Position numbers and translations under genes: made by a program
Notes under the pieces: generated by a model
What the model saw: only the letters and a program-made list of their open reading frames with translations
Databases searched by the model: none
Told to the model about the DNA's origin: nothing
Shown here: positions 1 through 9,954 of the stretch, piece by piece
Position numbering within the stretch: position 1 is the first letter of the stretch
How the letters are laid out: each line of letters opens with the position of its first letter
Assembly: GCA_002729765.1 (NCBI GenBank)
Contig: PBYV01000081.1
Location: forward strand, 10,377-74,376
Reading direction: 5' to 3'
From: Acidimicrobiaceae bacterium
Lineage (GTDB): Bacteria > Actinomycetota > Acidimicrobiia > Acidimicrobiales > MedAcidi-G1
DNA: 64,000 nucleotides

Positions 1-2
1 CC

Positions 3-710
3 GCAACATGGTCTTCCCAGTCCTTTTTGTGTGTCTCCTGTTTCTTTGACATCCTGTCCCCTATGTTTCCAGTAGTTTCTAAACCACTTCATTTGATCTT
101 TGTCGTATGAATGAGTATAGCCTAAATCAATAGACCTTTTATCATTGGGATTATCATCTCCAATGATTCTCGGAATATAATCTACAGCATTTTTTTCCAA
201 TTTTTCACACACATCAACACATTCCCAAAAGTAGTCTTTATGAAACATCACATTGACTTTATATTTTTCCCTTAATGTTATTGCATTTGATATTACCTGG
301 TCTTTTTGTTTTTTTGTTGACTCACAATGATAAGATAAAGTCCCACCAGTTGTTAATGTTAAAACTCTATCACAAACCATATCACTAAACCATCCGTTTG
401 TAGTAAGACCTCTACTAAAATCTGGATATTCATTTTTCACATATTTTAAGAAATTAAAAAAGTTAGGATGAACCGTTGGTTCACCTCCCGTAAAACTTAA
501 TTTTTTCTTAGCAGGTTTTTTTCTAAATGAATCATACAGTAAAGCATATTCAGCAACACCATCCATAGTTTTACATAAAGTTGCATAATCTACAAAAGCA
601 GATGTTTTATTATTCCTATGCGGAGGACAGTAAGTACACGCATATGAACATCTTCTACCGAGATCCCATATTATCTGATATCTATTTGACTTGTCTTCTA
701 TATTATACAT
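3..710 (-). CDS. Radical SAM/SPASM protein, C-terminus runs off the window (not in ORF track)
   Basis: Hand translation from ATG at 710 gives MYNIEDKSNRYQIIWDLGRRCSYACTYCPPH (CxxxCxxC), later LSFTGGEPT, and ...GLGRPCC at the window edge. The start overlaps the stop of the QueC-like gene. Confidence 0.85.
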   Translation of the reverse strand, partial: MYNIEDKSNRYQIIWDLGRRCSYACTYCPPHRNNKTSAFVDYATLCKTMDGVAEYALLYDSFRKKPAKKKLSFTGGEPTVHPNFFNFLKYVKNEYPDFSRGLTTNGWFSDMVCDRVLTLTTGGTLSYHCESTKKQKDQVISNAITLREKYKVNVMFHKDYFWECVDVCEKLEKNAVDYIPRIIGDDNPNDKRSIDLGYTHSYDKDQMKWFRNYWKHRGQDVKETGDTQKGLGRPCC

Positions 711-1515
711 ATCTACCAAATGCCCAATATCGTTCCTGACACCACCAACACCTTTTACAATGTTGAGTATGATGTTTTGTGGCTTCAATACTTCCTTCAC
801 AACTATATGTCAATGGAAATAAAGAATCTAATAATCCTTTATCTTTATATGCTTCTGCCTCCCATTTTTTATTAACATTTATAAACGGATTTATATAATG
901 TCTATATCCATTTCGTTGTTCGACAATTTTATCAACTCCAGTGTCATCCCTAACACGTTCTTTGTTTTTAGGTATCGTTAAATCATCCGCTGGTGGATTT
1001 GAAGTGATTCCTGAATATAATATTTCAAATTTACGTTGACGAAAATTATAATCATCTCTTTCCCAAAATATTTTTATCTCTCTCATATATTCATCATCTA
1101 ATGGAGGATAATAAACCTCATGAGGCAAAATGAAATCAACACCTAAATCTTCCTCTATAAAGTCTATTACGTTTCCGGCATATATAGGATTGTTCGCTCT
1201 GCCTCTACGAACAGATATAGGTTGAAATTTAATATCCAATTCCTCATCACGTATTTTTTTACACAATAGATAAGCTAATAAAGAACTATCTGCCCCGCCA
1301 GACATCCATTGTCCTATAACATTAACAGGAATTTCTTCTATATCTGAAGAACCTTCAAACGAACCCAATTTAAATAAAAATTCTTCATTTTCATATGGTT
1401 CTTTATCTGCATCTTTATATGAATCAAAAAAATCTTCTAAAACTTGTTGCTTTAATCGTTTTGTAGTTGATGGAATATTAATTTCAACTGTTTTATTTAA
1501 ATATGTTAATTTCAT
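703..1515 (-). CDS. QueC-like PP-loop ATPase
   Basis: PP-loop MSGGADSS and C-terminal Zn motif TYSC...HCKRCWWCQER, as in the QueC family. Confidence 0.65.
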   Translation of the reverse strand: MKLTYLNKTVEINIPSTTKRLKQQVLEDFFDSYKDADKEPYENEEFLFKLGSFEGSSDIEEIPVNVIGQWMSGGADSSLLAYLLCKKIRDEELDIKFQPISVRRGRANNPIYAGNVIDFIEEDLGVDFILPHEVYYPPLDDEYMREIKIFWERDDYNFRQRKFEILYSGITSNPPADDLTIPKNKERVRDDTGVDKIVEQRNGYRHYINPFINVNKKWEAEAYKDKGLLDSLFPLTYSCEGSIEATKHHTQHCKRCWWCQERYWAFGRYV

Positions 1516-1527
1516 AATATGCTTTCA

Positions 1528-2952
1528 CTATTTATTATACCATTCTAACCATTCAAGATCTGGAAATATTTTATTAAAATCTAAATCTCTTTTTTTTGAT
1601 ACCGTATAACACCATTCAACTGTTTCTGGTAATCTTTCCGACCAATCTTCACCATTCATGAATGATACCAATCCTTCTAATCTCTTTATACCATATGGTA
1701 ACTCTTTCCATTCATCCCAAGTTAAATCATCAACCCCATTACACTTCTTCCAATTACTCTTTAGCCATTTTCCAAAATCTTTATATTTTAATGTTGTTTC
1801 TTTTTTAAACCAATCAGGTAATACTTTACAATTTAATTGAGGAGGCCAATATGCTAAGTGCAAATCTATCATTCCAGCGCCGGCAGGAAATTTATTTAAT
1901 ATCTTCCAATCTTCTTCTAATTTCCAAGTTATAAATTCAGGTAGGTAAAAAATATTTAGAGCTGTAACACATGTTGCAGTTGTTAATCTTAAATTACCAT
2001 GTGGATAATCATCTATTTTGTGTAATTGTTTTACAACTCTTTTCCATGGTGCAGGATATCTAATATAATGATTACGTTCACCATAATCATCTATACTAAA
2101 ATGCATAATAACATTTTTAAATTCTTTCCAAAGATCAAATAAATTAGGTTGCCATTCTATACCATTTGAATTATATCTCAATTCAATATTTTTAGCATGC
2201 CCCATTTCAATAATTTTTTCAAGAACCTCATAATGTTCATTCATTATAAGTGCTTCACCACCTGCCCAATATAACTGTCTTAGTGTAGGTACCTGTTCAT
2301 AAAAGTCTTCCCAAAATTCCGGGTTCTTTTTATGCCATGCATATGAACCCCCCGACCATGCTAACTTCCCAGATTCTTTTTCCCACTCCATATTGGACTT
2401 GAGTCTTTTATTTTCTAGAGTAGGCCAAATCTGTTTATATTCTTTTACCCACTTAGATGAATCGTGAGGACTACACATAACGCATGCAAGATTGCACTTA
2501 CTGCCAAGCCGAAGATCAATATACCGTACTCTTGGAGGAATGGTTCCATCCTCTTCTGTTCCGCTAAGAACATCTTCCAGTCCGAGTTCGTTGATCCATT
2601 TTGATGTTTCCCATTGTCTTTTACTTCTATGTCCGGCATCTTCCTCCTTAAAGCACTTTAAACAAGATGCAGGACGCTCACCTTTAAGCATCATTCTACG
2701 CACGGATTTCATATACTCATTATTCCATGCATCTAGTAAACGTGTGGTTGCTAGGTTAGCAGGTTTCCCATCATCTCTTCTGAGAACACCCGCTTCTGAT
2801 ATTGTCTTATTTGTTGAATTCTTATCCTGTACTGCAGATGCATTCGCCGTACAACACACTCTCATATGACCAGAAGGTCGAGTAGAAATATGCATCCAAG
2901 GTAACGCACAAAATGTTGGAGATGGTGTCTCCGGATCATTATCTATTTTCAT
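1528..2952 (-). CDS. Radical SAM protein with N-terminal twitch domain
   Basis: FCALPW..VCC and CLKCFKEEDAGHRSKR precede CNLACVMC; also GGEA and SIDD...YIRYP. Confidence 0.88.
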   Translation of the reverse strand: MKIDNDPETPSPTFCALPWMHISTRPSGHMRVCCTANASAVQDKNSTNKTISEAGVLRRDDGKPANLATTRLLDAWNNEYMKSVRRMMLKGERPASCLKCFKEEDAGHRSKRQWETSKWINELGLEDVLSGTEEDGTIPPRVRYIDLRLGSKCNLACVMCSPHDSSKWVKEYKQIWPTLENKRLKSNMEWEKESGKLAWSGGSYAWHKKNPEFWEDFYEQVPTLRQLYWAGGEALIMNEHYEVLEKIIEMGHAKNIELRYNSNGIEWQPNLFDLWKEFKNVIMHFSIDDYGERNHYIRYPAPWKRVVKQLHKIDDYPHGNLRLTTATCVTALNIFYLPEFITWKLEEDWKILNKFPAGAGMIDLHLAYWPPQLNCKVLPDWFKKETTLKYKDFGKWLKSNWKKCNGVDDLTWDEWKELPYGIKRLEGLVSFMNGEDWSERLPETVEWCYTVSKKRDLDFNKIFPDLEWLEWYNK

Positions 2953-2953
2953 A

Positions 2954-4129
2954 TTAGCCGTCTAACCAGGATAATAAGTTGGGATGAAGATAATCTCGAA
3001 AATTCTGATTTCGAGATGAATCAAATAATTTTATTTCTTTAATCATCTTTTGTTTATCTTCTTGATTATCATCAATAGCTTTTTGAATCATGTTTAATAA
3101 CATATGATCACTAAATTCTACATTAAGAATTATATCATACAATTCTTTTAATAAAAATACAGGCAAGTTTTTTATACCTATGCCTCTAAGATTGGGATAT
3201 ACTTCAGTAAAATAAATATTAAATGAATCATTGTTCCATTTTATCAATTCATCTATATAAAATATGTTTAATGCGCTCACAACACAATTATATTTAATCT
3301 CTTTTATATTATAACATCTTTTAATAAAATTAGCTATTGATTTTTCCACTTTTTTAAAATTATATGGATATCTCACATATTCATAATTTTTTCCTATTGA
3401 ATCAAGTGATATTGTAAAATACAATCCCTTAAATTCGTTAAGAATATCACACATTTTATTGGTAAATAAAGATCCATTCGTTGTGACATTTAAATTTAAT
3501 CCATCTTTTTTTAATGGGATCATTGCATTAATAAATTGTTTATTAAAAAGGGGTTCTCCTCCAGTTACTTTTAAGGCTCCAATTTTGTGAATATTATTAA
3601 TCACCCAATCCCATTGAGACAATTCTACTGAACTTACTATGTCATCAGAAGAAAAAAATCCATCAGTTACCGAAGTGATATCATTAACATTTTCATGATG
3701 TTTAAAATAATTAAAATCTTTTTGGAGTAAACTTGAAGCCATCGGAGAACACATCCGGCATGCCATATTACATTTATTATCTAATAAAAAATGCACCATT
3801 AATCCATCAGTGTCTTTATCAATTTTGTCAGGGTTTAATCTAGGGCTATGAGGTCCTGTTTTTTCTAGGTCCCAACAAAATTTACACCTTTTATCTTTTA
3901 TACCCTTTCGATGATTATCTTGTAGGGTTTGATAATTTAAAGAATTAATTATCTGTTCTGGATTTAATTCTGAATCATCAGATTGCCATTCAAGAGGATT
4001 AGGTATTTTTTGAATAGGGCAATGACTTTCATTATTCTTAGTTATAGCCTCACAAGGCATAAAAAGAGGAAAGTCTTTTTTTCGATTTATAAAAAAAACA
4101 GATTTAAATGGTAAATCACAAAGAGGCAT
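2954..4129 (-). CDS. Radical SAM protein with N-terminal twitch domain
   Basis: CDLPF, CKFCWDLE..G..SPR, CNMACRMC, TGGEP, TTNGS. Confidence 0.88.
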   Translation of the reverse strand: MPLCDLPFKSVFFINRKKDFPLFMPCEAITKNNESHCPIQKIPNPLEWQSDDSELNPEQIINSLNYQTLQDNHRKGIKDKRCKFCWDLEKTGPHSPRLNPDKIDKDTDGLMVHFLLDNKCNMACRMCSPMASSLLQKDFNYFKHHENVNDITSVTDGFFSSDDIVSSVELSQWDWVINNIHKIGALKVTGGEPLFNKQFINAMIPLKKDGLNLNVTTNGSLFTNKMCDILNEFKGLYFTISLDSIGKNYEYVRYPYNFKKVEKSIANFIKRCYNIKEIKYNCVVSALNIFYIDELIKWNNDSFNIYFTEVYPNLRGIGIKNLPVFLLKELYDIILNVEFSDHMLLNMIQKAIDDNQEDKQKMIKEIKLFDSSRNQNFRDYLHPNLLSWLDG

Positions 4130-4131
4130 TT

Positions 4132-4803
4132 CTAAACATAATTAACACTAATTTTCTTATTCTGCTTTAATGATGGAAACGTAAAAGAAGGATCGTTGTG
4201 ATGTTCTCGTCTATCTCTTTTTGCATCAGCAACACCAACTCCCATTAGCAAAATAGGCTCTTCACCTAAAATTTTTCCAATTGCCGGTACATCACTTATA
4301 CACTTACAACAACCGGTAGCATAACCCATTTGAGTAGCTATAACATTAATATAACCAGCTGAGATACCAATTGCCATATCTCTGTCTTGATCATAAGTAT
4401 CATTCTCTTCACGTACTTGAGACGGTTCATTAGGTGTAAATGCTAAAAGCAGTTGTCCTAATACTTGAGGATTTGTATAATATTTGCCTCCCTCTTTTCC
4501 TTTCTCATAATGGGCTTGACCATCTTTAGATCTTTCATGAGGGGTTTTATTTGCATCATAATCTTTATAGATAGGCCCAAAACCTTCTGTATATGAATGT
4601 ATTTCTTCAATTACATCTCGATCTTCAATAACATGAACATTAAAGTAATTAAGATTCTGTTTTGAAGGAGAATTAGTTGCGGCCTCGATGATTAAATCTT
4701 TATCTTCTTGAGGGATATCTTTACTTAAATCCCAATTCCTTTGACACTTTTGAGATTCATGAATTGTTTCTCTCAGCATCTTATTAAATGAACCATGTAA
4801 CAT
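4132..4803 (-). CDS. Nitroreductase-family flavoprotein
   Basis: N-terminal QRNWD...AATNSPSKQN (R-x-F...A..APS..N pattern) and D..I..GYI.V.ATQMGY.TG helix. Confidence 0.7.
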   Translation of the reverse strand: MLHGSFNKMLRETIHESQKCQRNWDLSKDIPQEDKDLIIEAATNSPSKQNLNYFNVHVIEDRDVIEEIHSYTEGFGPIYKDYDANKTPHERSKDGQAHYEKGKEGGKYYTNPQVLGQLLLAFTPNEPSQVREENDTYDQDRDMAIGISAGYINVIATQMGYATGCCKCISDVPAIGKILGEEPILLMGVGVADAKRDRREHHNDPSFTFPSLKQNKKISVNYV

Positions 4804-4827
4804 AATGACTTCCTTACTGTAATTTTG

Positions 4828-5157
4828 TTAGTTGATAATCTGTTTCATCACATCTGAAACTGCATATCCTATATTATATTTATGCATTAAATTTTGTTGT
4901 TCAGTTCTTAATTTTATACTATTATAATATTCTTCTTTTGTTTGATATATATGTGTTAATATCCCTTTATTCGGAGCAATAAATGTTAAAAAGAAATTTT
5001 CATGACCATGTTGTTCCATGATGGTAAAATTATATTTTCTTAAAGGATCAGAATCTTGGGGAACCAAATTTTCTACAAACCATTTTTTAAATGATTCTTT
5101 GGATAAGAAGGTTTTTCCTTTACATGTCACTAAGGTCTGTATAATATATCTGTTCAT
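4828..5157 (-). CDS. Hypothetical protein
   Basis: 109 aa ORF coupled by ATGA overlap to the upstream gene; no motif recognised. Confidence 0.6.
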   Translation of the reverse strand: MNRYIIQTLVTCKGKTFLSKESFKKWFVENLVPQDSDPLRKYNFTIMEQHGHENFFLTFIAPNKGILTHIYQTKEEYYNSIKLRTEQQNLMHKYNIGYAVSDVMKQIIN

Positions 5158-5684
5158 AATGTGCCGGTCATTTCATTTGCCGTCCAAGGATTTTCAATAT
5201 TGCTTGGGGCTGAAAAATAATTAAGTGACCAACGAATATCATTACATTTAGCTTTATGTTCCATTGCTGGTTTATTAAATTGTTTTGCTCCAATATCACC
5301 AAGCCAAATAAACAGTCCGTAATCTAACTCTTTCCATTTTTTATTTATTTTAAGATATAATCCGGGATAGATATTATAAAGAAAGGTAAACATTCCTCTA
5401 TCTGTATGTTCTTTGATATACCCTTTATTATATCTTAATATAGAAGCTCTACAGTTTCTTGTATCTTCATAAAGTGGATCATTAAGAATATCCATATTAA
5501 GTCGATACATATCAGAACACCATTTTTCACATTTAACTTCTTCAAATGGGGTCCAATCTATCATCTCCAATTTCCAATATGGAGTTTCTCTAAAAACTGG
5601 ATGTTGCAGCTTAAATTCTTCGTGAGGGAAATCTATTTCATAATCGATTTTGACATAACCTTCGTCAAGTATTCTCTGTAACAT
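5154..5684 (-). CDS. Small Fe(II)/2-oxoglutarate oxygenase (IPNS-like catalytic core)
   Basis: HTDRGMFTFL, WLGD, distal H (MEHKA) and RWS, i.e. HxD...H...RxS. Confidence 0.65.
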   Translation of the reverse strand: MLQRILDEGYVKIDYEIDFPHEEFKLQHPVFRETPYWKLEMIDWTPFEEVKCEKWCSDMYRLNMDILNDPLYEDTRNCRASILRYNKGYIKEHTDRGMFTFLYNIYPGLYLKINKKWKELDYGLFIWLGDIGAKQFNKPAMEHKAKCNDIRWSLNYFSAPSNIENPWTANEMTGTL

Positions 5685-6118
5685 GCCTCACCTTCCTTCA
5701 TTCCATTAACCCAATCTTGTTTTGTATTTTTACCAACTTCATCTGTTATATATTTGTAACATTCAAATTCTATTTCTCTTTTATCACATATCTGTTTTAA
5801 ATAAAAAGCCTCACAATCAACTAAGTCATAACCAGGTATAATTTTTGTAACAAAATTTTCCTGTGTTAAAAGTTTTAGACCTAAACCATCTCCTTGGTCT
5901 TCTTCGCTATCACTAAAGGTTGTTATTTTATGTAATCCCTTTAGTCCTTGTATAAAAGATCCACAAGTACCATAATTTATAACTCTTTTAGGTCGTGGAT
6001 AAGGTCCGCGGTTTTCTAAAAAGCTTGATAAATTATATCCACTCTTTCGTCCTATTCCACAATATATGTCGGCATCTGACAATTCTTCTTCTAATGCAAC
6101 CACTAATATTTCTCGCAT
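5633..6118 (-). CDS. MTA/SAH nucleosidase-like protein (nucleoside phosphorylase fold)
   Basis: ALEEE, CGIGRK, INYGTCG, VDCEAF (cf. vDME), KYITD (cf. R.iSD). Confidence 0.65.
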   Translation of the reverse strand: MREILVVALEEELSDADIYCGIGRKSGYNLSSFLENRGPYPRPKRVINYGTCGSFIQGLKGLHKITTFSDSEEDQGDGLGLKLLTQENFVTKIIPGYDLVDCEAFYLKQICDKREIEFECYKYITDEVGKNTKQDWVNGMKEGEACYREYLTKVMSKSIMK

Positions 6119-7215
6119 ACACTTTCATAAATTAATTTATTTTCTTTAGGCATGCCCCATTTTTTCTCGAAGTATTCATAAAACTTTTTATACTGTTTTA
6201 CATACTTTGGATTATGTTCTTCTGCAAACATAAATTCCTTTACTTTATATAATCTCTGATCCAATTTATCCGCGATTAACTCTTTCGTATGTTCTGGTAA
6301 ATTTTGAATACATAGGTATGACGGACCCAATGTTAAATCCAAAGCGTGATCTTTTCCTTCCATGCCAAAGTGAATCGGAAGATCTACCCAATGAATTAAA
6401 TCATTTAAACCCAATACAGAAAAATTATGAACAACAGAATTATATGCAACATTAGTAGGAAAGTTTATCCATCGACCTTCATTGATCGTAAACTTCTTCA
6501 TATCAAAACCGTGTCTATTCCACTCACCCAATTTACCTATAGAATCTATACTCAATACTATAGTAATCTTTTTAAATAATCGTAAATACTCTTGCCATTC
6601 TTTATTTGGAAAGATGTAATTATTTGTATTAATAAACAGTTCAACATTTTGAATAATATTTCGTTCTTTTAGTACTTCAAAGACATTTAAAAATCGGGGT
6701 TCTATTAAGGGCTCACCTCCAAGGATTCTCAATAATACTAAACTATCTAAATTAACCCCAACCATATCATCAGGAGAAGTTAAATGTCTTCGAGGTGATA
6801 GCTGACCAGTTTTATCTACCCCTAATTCATTTAATGCTTTATCATCTTTATACCACTTATTACTAAAATGGCTATTACACGCTATGCATTGAAAATTACA
6901 TTTATTACTTAAACATAATTCTAATTCTCTTATTGCCGGTTCTGTAATATTTGCATATTTTGTATTCCAATAATCACGATGACTTGGATTACCATTTTCA
7001 GCATCTACCTTACATTCAATACACCCTTTAATGTCTTCATCATTACACATTCGCATACGAAAATCATTATAATCAGATCCATTAAAAAATTCTTGAATAT
7101 TTCTATGAGTAGATCCTATTTTAACATCTTTAAGGCGTGTAAAATAAGAAGAACAAGGCATTACAGAACCATCTTCATCTTGTCTAATTGTAACCCACGG
7201 CGCCAAGCATTTCAT
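6103..7215 (-). CDS. Radical SAM protein with N-terminal twitch domain
   Basis: CLAPW..PCS, CIECK..G..SHR, CNFQCIAC, LGGEP, SIDS. Confidence 0.88.
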   Translation of the reverse strand: MKCLAPWVTIRQDEDGSVMPCSSYFTRLKDVKIGSTHRNIQEFFNGSDYNDFRMRMCNDEDIKGCIECKVDAENGNPSHRDYWNTKYANITEPAIRELELCLSNKCNFQCIACNSHFSNKWYKDDKALNELGVDKTGQLSPRRHLTSPDDMVGVNLDSLVLLRILGGEPLIEPRFLNVFEVLKERNIIQNVELFINTNNYIFPNKEWQEYLRLFKKITIVLSIDSIGKLGEWNRHGFDMKKFTINEGRWINFPTNVAYNSVVHNFSVLGLNDLIHWVDLPIHFGMEGKDHALDLTLGPSYLCIQNLPEHTKELIADKLDQRLYKVKEFMFAEEHNPKYVKQYKKFYEYFEKKWGMPKENKLIYESVCEKY

Positions 7216-7245
7216 ATATAATCATTTGTCAAATAGTGAATACAA

Positions 7246-7253
7246 TATTTATA
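7246..7253 (-). promoter_or_regulatory. T4-type late promoter TATAAATA
   Basis: Exact TATAAATA on the minus strand in the short gap, 30 nt upstream of the 7215 start. Confidence 0.5.
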
Positions 7254-8000
7254 TCACCAGTCCCCCATAGTATTTGGGTCTGGACATCGACGAAATTGTC
7301 TATCATATTCCTTATAATGATCTAAAGACCTTTCCGTTAATCCGCTTTCGAGTTTTATCATCTCTTGTAATCGATTAATTTTAGTGCTTCTAACAATTGG
7401 GTTAACACCTTTAGATAATAACCAATCAAGCATAACACCTGATGAGATTGATGTCTCGCCCGGCAAAGACGGGGGGTTACCTCTACAAATGGAAGAATAA
7501 GACTGTACTTCAATGTTGTGACGGTTGCATTCATTAACCAATTCATCATTCTGGCAAAATATATTTAATTCAAATTGATTTATATCAGGTGGTGTTTCAC
7601 ATATATCTAATAATTTATGAAGATGTTTTATTGTAAAATTACAAACACCTATTTTTTCAACTTGGCCTTCATTTTTAAGATGTTCGAATGCTCTCCATGT
7701 TTCTTTTAATTCTTTTAATGGTAAAACAGGCCAATGTATTAAATATGTTGTTATACTTAAATGTTCACTAGATTTTTCAAACTCCTCAATAACATTTTCA
7801 TATCCCCATTTAAAATAATCTAATTTAGACTGGACTTGAAATATACCCTCAAGATCATTGCCAACTTCTTTCTCATTTAAATATACAGGAGCAGTATCAA
7901 AAGTATCAAAGCCGGCTTTTATAGCATCTTCAATTCCAGTACCTTTACCCTTTAAAGCGTGGCCATCATCACCCCACTTTTCAACTGTTCCGAATATCAT
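7254..8000 (-). CDS. Aldo/keto reductase
   Basis: FDTAPVY (catalytic D, Y), SK, LIHWP, IGVCNF, NQFE. Confidence 0.85.
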   Translation of the reverse strand: MIFGTVEKWGDDGHALKGKGTGIEDAIKAGFDTFDTAPVYLNEKEVGNDLEGIFQVQSKLDYFKWGYENVIEEFEKSSEHLSITTYLIHWPVLPLKELKETWRAFEHLKNEGQVEKIGVCNFTIKHLHKLLDICETPPDINQFELNIFCQNDELVNECNRHNIEVQSYSSICRGNPPSLPGETSISSGVMLDWLLSKGVNPIVRSTKINRLQEMIKLESGLTERSLDHYKEYDRQFRRCPDPNTMGDW

Positions 8001-9064
8001 ATATTATACATTATAATAGGTGGAACATTATCAGTCATTTTACTCATATCTTCTAAGGCATATTCAGAAGGCTCAGCATGCATATATTCATTTTCAAATT
8101 CTGGTAAAAAATCTAATAACGATTTATTATATTGAATATCGCGTGCCTTTAAAAAACTCATGGCTGATTTAAATTTATCTAAATCTGGAAAAGCTTCTTT
8201 AAAAGATTTCGTTAACTGGTTACTTTTACTATATTGAAACTTATATGGTATAGGTAAATTTATAGCATCTAAAATACTGGGCACCATCAATCTATTAACC
8301 GAAGTTAACTTTTTTCCAAATTCATCAGACACATAATTTTTAATATCATTTAAATATCTATAATTCATCATTTGCATAGTACACATAAAATCTATATCAA
8401 AGTATTCTGCATATTTTTTTATATTTAAATGTTTTTTAGTAAAATTGGAACCTTGGCGAATATAATCATCTAATTGTCCAACACCATCTATTGAAACTAT
8501 AAATTTAATTTTCTTCTTGGTTAATTTATACAACCATTTGGGAAAAGTAGTAGCATTAGTTATAAGTACAAATTCTGCATCAAGATTAAATAGAACATCT
8601 TTTACACTTTTCATTAATAGTGCTTCGCCACCTATAAACCCAATTTTTTTAATATCTTTGAACTCATCAATATTATAATTCCAATTATCTATTAATGGTC
8701 CATACTTAGAAGACCTCTCAGGACCACAACCAGCACATCGAAGATTACATCGATTGCCAATTTGATTTAAATTAATATGGGTTAATTCTTCTTTGGGGGG
8801 ATTAATAAAAGGAATTCTAGGAGACGTTTCATTAGAATTTTCTAATTTTATACAAAACCGGCACATGTCTTGTATATCAGAAGAAAATATACCATTAGCC
8901 ATATCTGATCGAATATTTTTCAATAAAGAACTATTAAAGAAACTATTCGGAGATGAATTATGATATTTTGGATATACCTTAGACCAAGAACAGGTTTGAT
9001 AGTCCCCATCCATGGTCATGTTTAACATACTATATGGATATTCACATGTAAAGTTTTTAATCAT
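7997..9064 (-). CDS. Radical SAM protein with N-terminal twitch domain
   Basis: CEYPY..TCS, CRFC..E....SPR, CNLRCAGC, IGGEA, SIDGVG..DYIR. Confidence 0.85.
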   Translation of the reverse strand: MIKNFTCEYPYSMLNMTMDGDYQTCSWSKVYPKYHNSSPNSFFNSSLLKNIRSDMANGIFSSDIQDMCRFCIKLENSNETSPRIPFINPPKEELTHINLNQIGNRCNLRCAGCGPERSSKYGPLIDNWNYNIDEFKDIKKIGFIGGEALLMKSVKDVLFNLDAEFVLITNATTFPKWLYKLTKKKIKFIVSIDGVGQLDDYIRQGSNFTKKHLNIKKYAEYFDIDFMCTMQMMNYRYLNDIKNYVSDEFGKKLTSVNRLMVPSILDAINLPIPYKFQYSKSNQLTKSFKEAFPDLDKFKSAMSFLKARDIQYNKSLLDFLPEFENEYMHAEPSEYALEDMSKMTDNVPPIIMYNI

Positions 9065-9065
9065 A

Positions 9066-9938
9066 TTAATCGGGAACAGCTATCCTATATGTCATGCCCC
9101 ATTTATCAAATGCTGTGTTTGTTGTAATAGAATATCCTAAGCTGGTTATAAATTCGTCAATCGTTTCTGGAGTCTGTATTGTCTCGCGATCTTGCTTTAA
9201 AACACCTCCAGCATTCTCATCAAAATTACAATTATCTGATTGATGACTATAATAACTCATTTCAGTTTCATCTGCTTGAAATATTATAACAGGTCTACAC
9301 GCTGCTATGGTATCAACAGCACCCATAATAGCAAGATACTCACTACCGTTAGTATGTAAATTAATTAAATCAACATCGGTAAAATTGTATTCATCAATTT
9401 CTTTCATTGTAATTTTGGTCTCACTCGGTTCATCGCTAGTAGAAAGACTTCTTTTAGACATCTCTTCTGCTTTATCGACTCTAACAAATCTAGAAGAACT
9501 ATAATCAGCTGCATCAGTTAATTCCATGATACCAACCTCATTCTGTTTGACCTGTGCACCTTCTTGCGCAAATATTTCTACCTCAAAATTTTCACCATCC
9601 GACAGAGTAACAGACTTACTATTCCGATGTGTAATAATAACATTATGTAAGGTTATACCTGTTTTGCTTTCCGTATTTTTGGTAATACATTCACAATTAT
9701 CAGCAGAAAGTTCAAATGAATAAACTGCATTAAAATTGTCACTCAAAACCGATGTCCAGGCCCCAGTATATGCTCCAATATCTATTGAGACTCTTGTATT
9801 AGATAAACTTAAATCATCTAATATTTTCTGATGAAAACTGAAAGACGCATCGTTAGTTCCAATGGGAAAATCATCAGCTAGTTTATCTCTGAGTGCTGTA
9901 TCGTTGTCGTTTCTATACCATCCGTTATCTTGTATCAT
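9066..9938 (-). CDS. FkbM-like SAM-dependent methyltransferase
   Basis: IDIGAYTG, YSFE, and the degenerate FkbM motifs DLINLHTNGSE..AIMGA..TI...RPVI. Confidence 0.65.
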   Translation of the reverse strand: MIQDNGWYRNDNDTALRDKLADDFPIGTNDASFSFHQKILDDLSLSNTRVSIDIGAYTGAWTSVLSDNFNAVYSFELSADNCECITKNTESKTGITLHNVIITHRNSKSVTLSDGENFEVEIFAQEGAQVKQNEVGIMELTDAADYSSSRFVRVDKAEEMSKRSLSTSDEPSETKITMKEIDEYNFTDVDLINLHTNGSEYLAIMGAVDTIAACRPVIIFQADETEMSYYSHQSDNCNFDENAGGVLKQDRETIQTPETIDEFITSLGYSITTNTAFDKWGMTYRIAVPD

Positions 9939-9954
9939 TTAACTATCCTTTTAT

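Noticed and set aside
3-1515. QueC-like gene plus adjacent radical SAM read as a queC-queE 7-deazaguanine DNA modification locus
   Set aside because: The radical SAM has SPASM-type cysteines and does not resemble QueE; no queD, folE or dpdA is in the window.
7227-7232. TTGACA upstream of the 7215 gene
   Set aside because: No -10 box at 16-18 nt spacing before the start codon.
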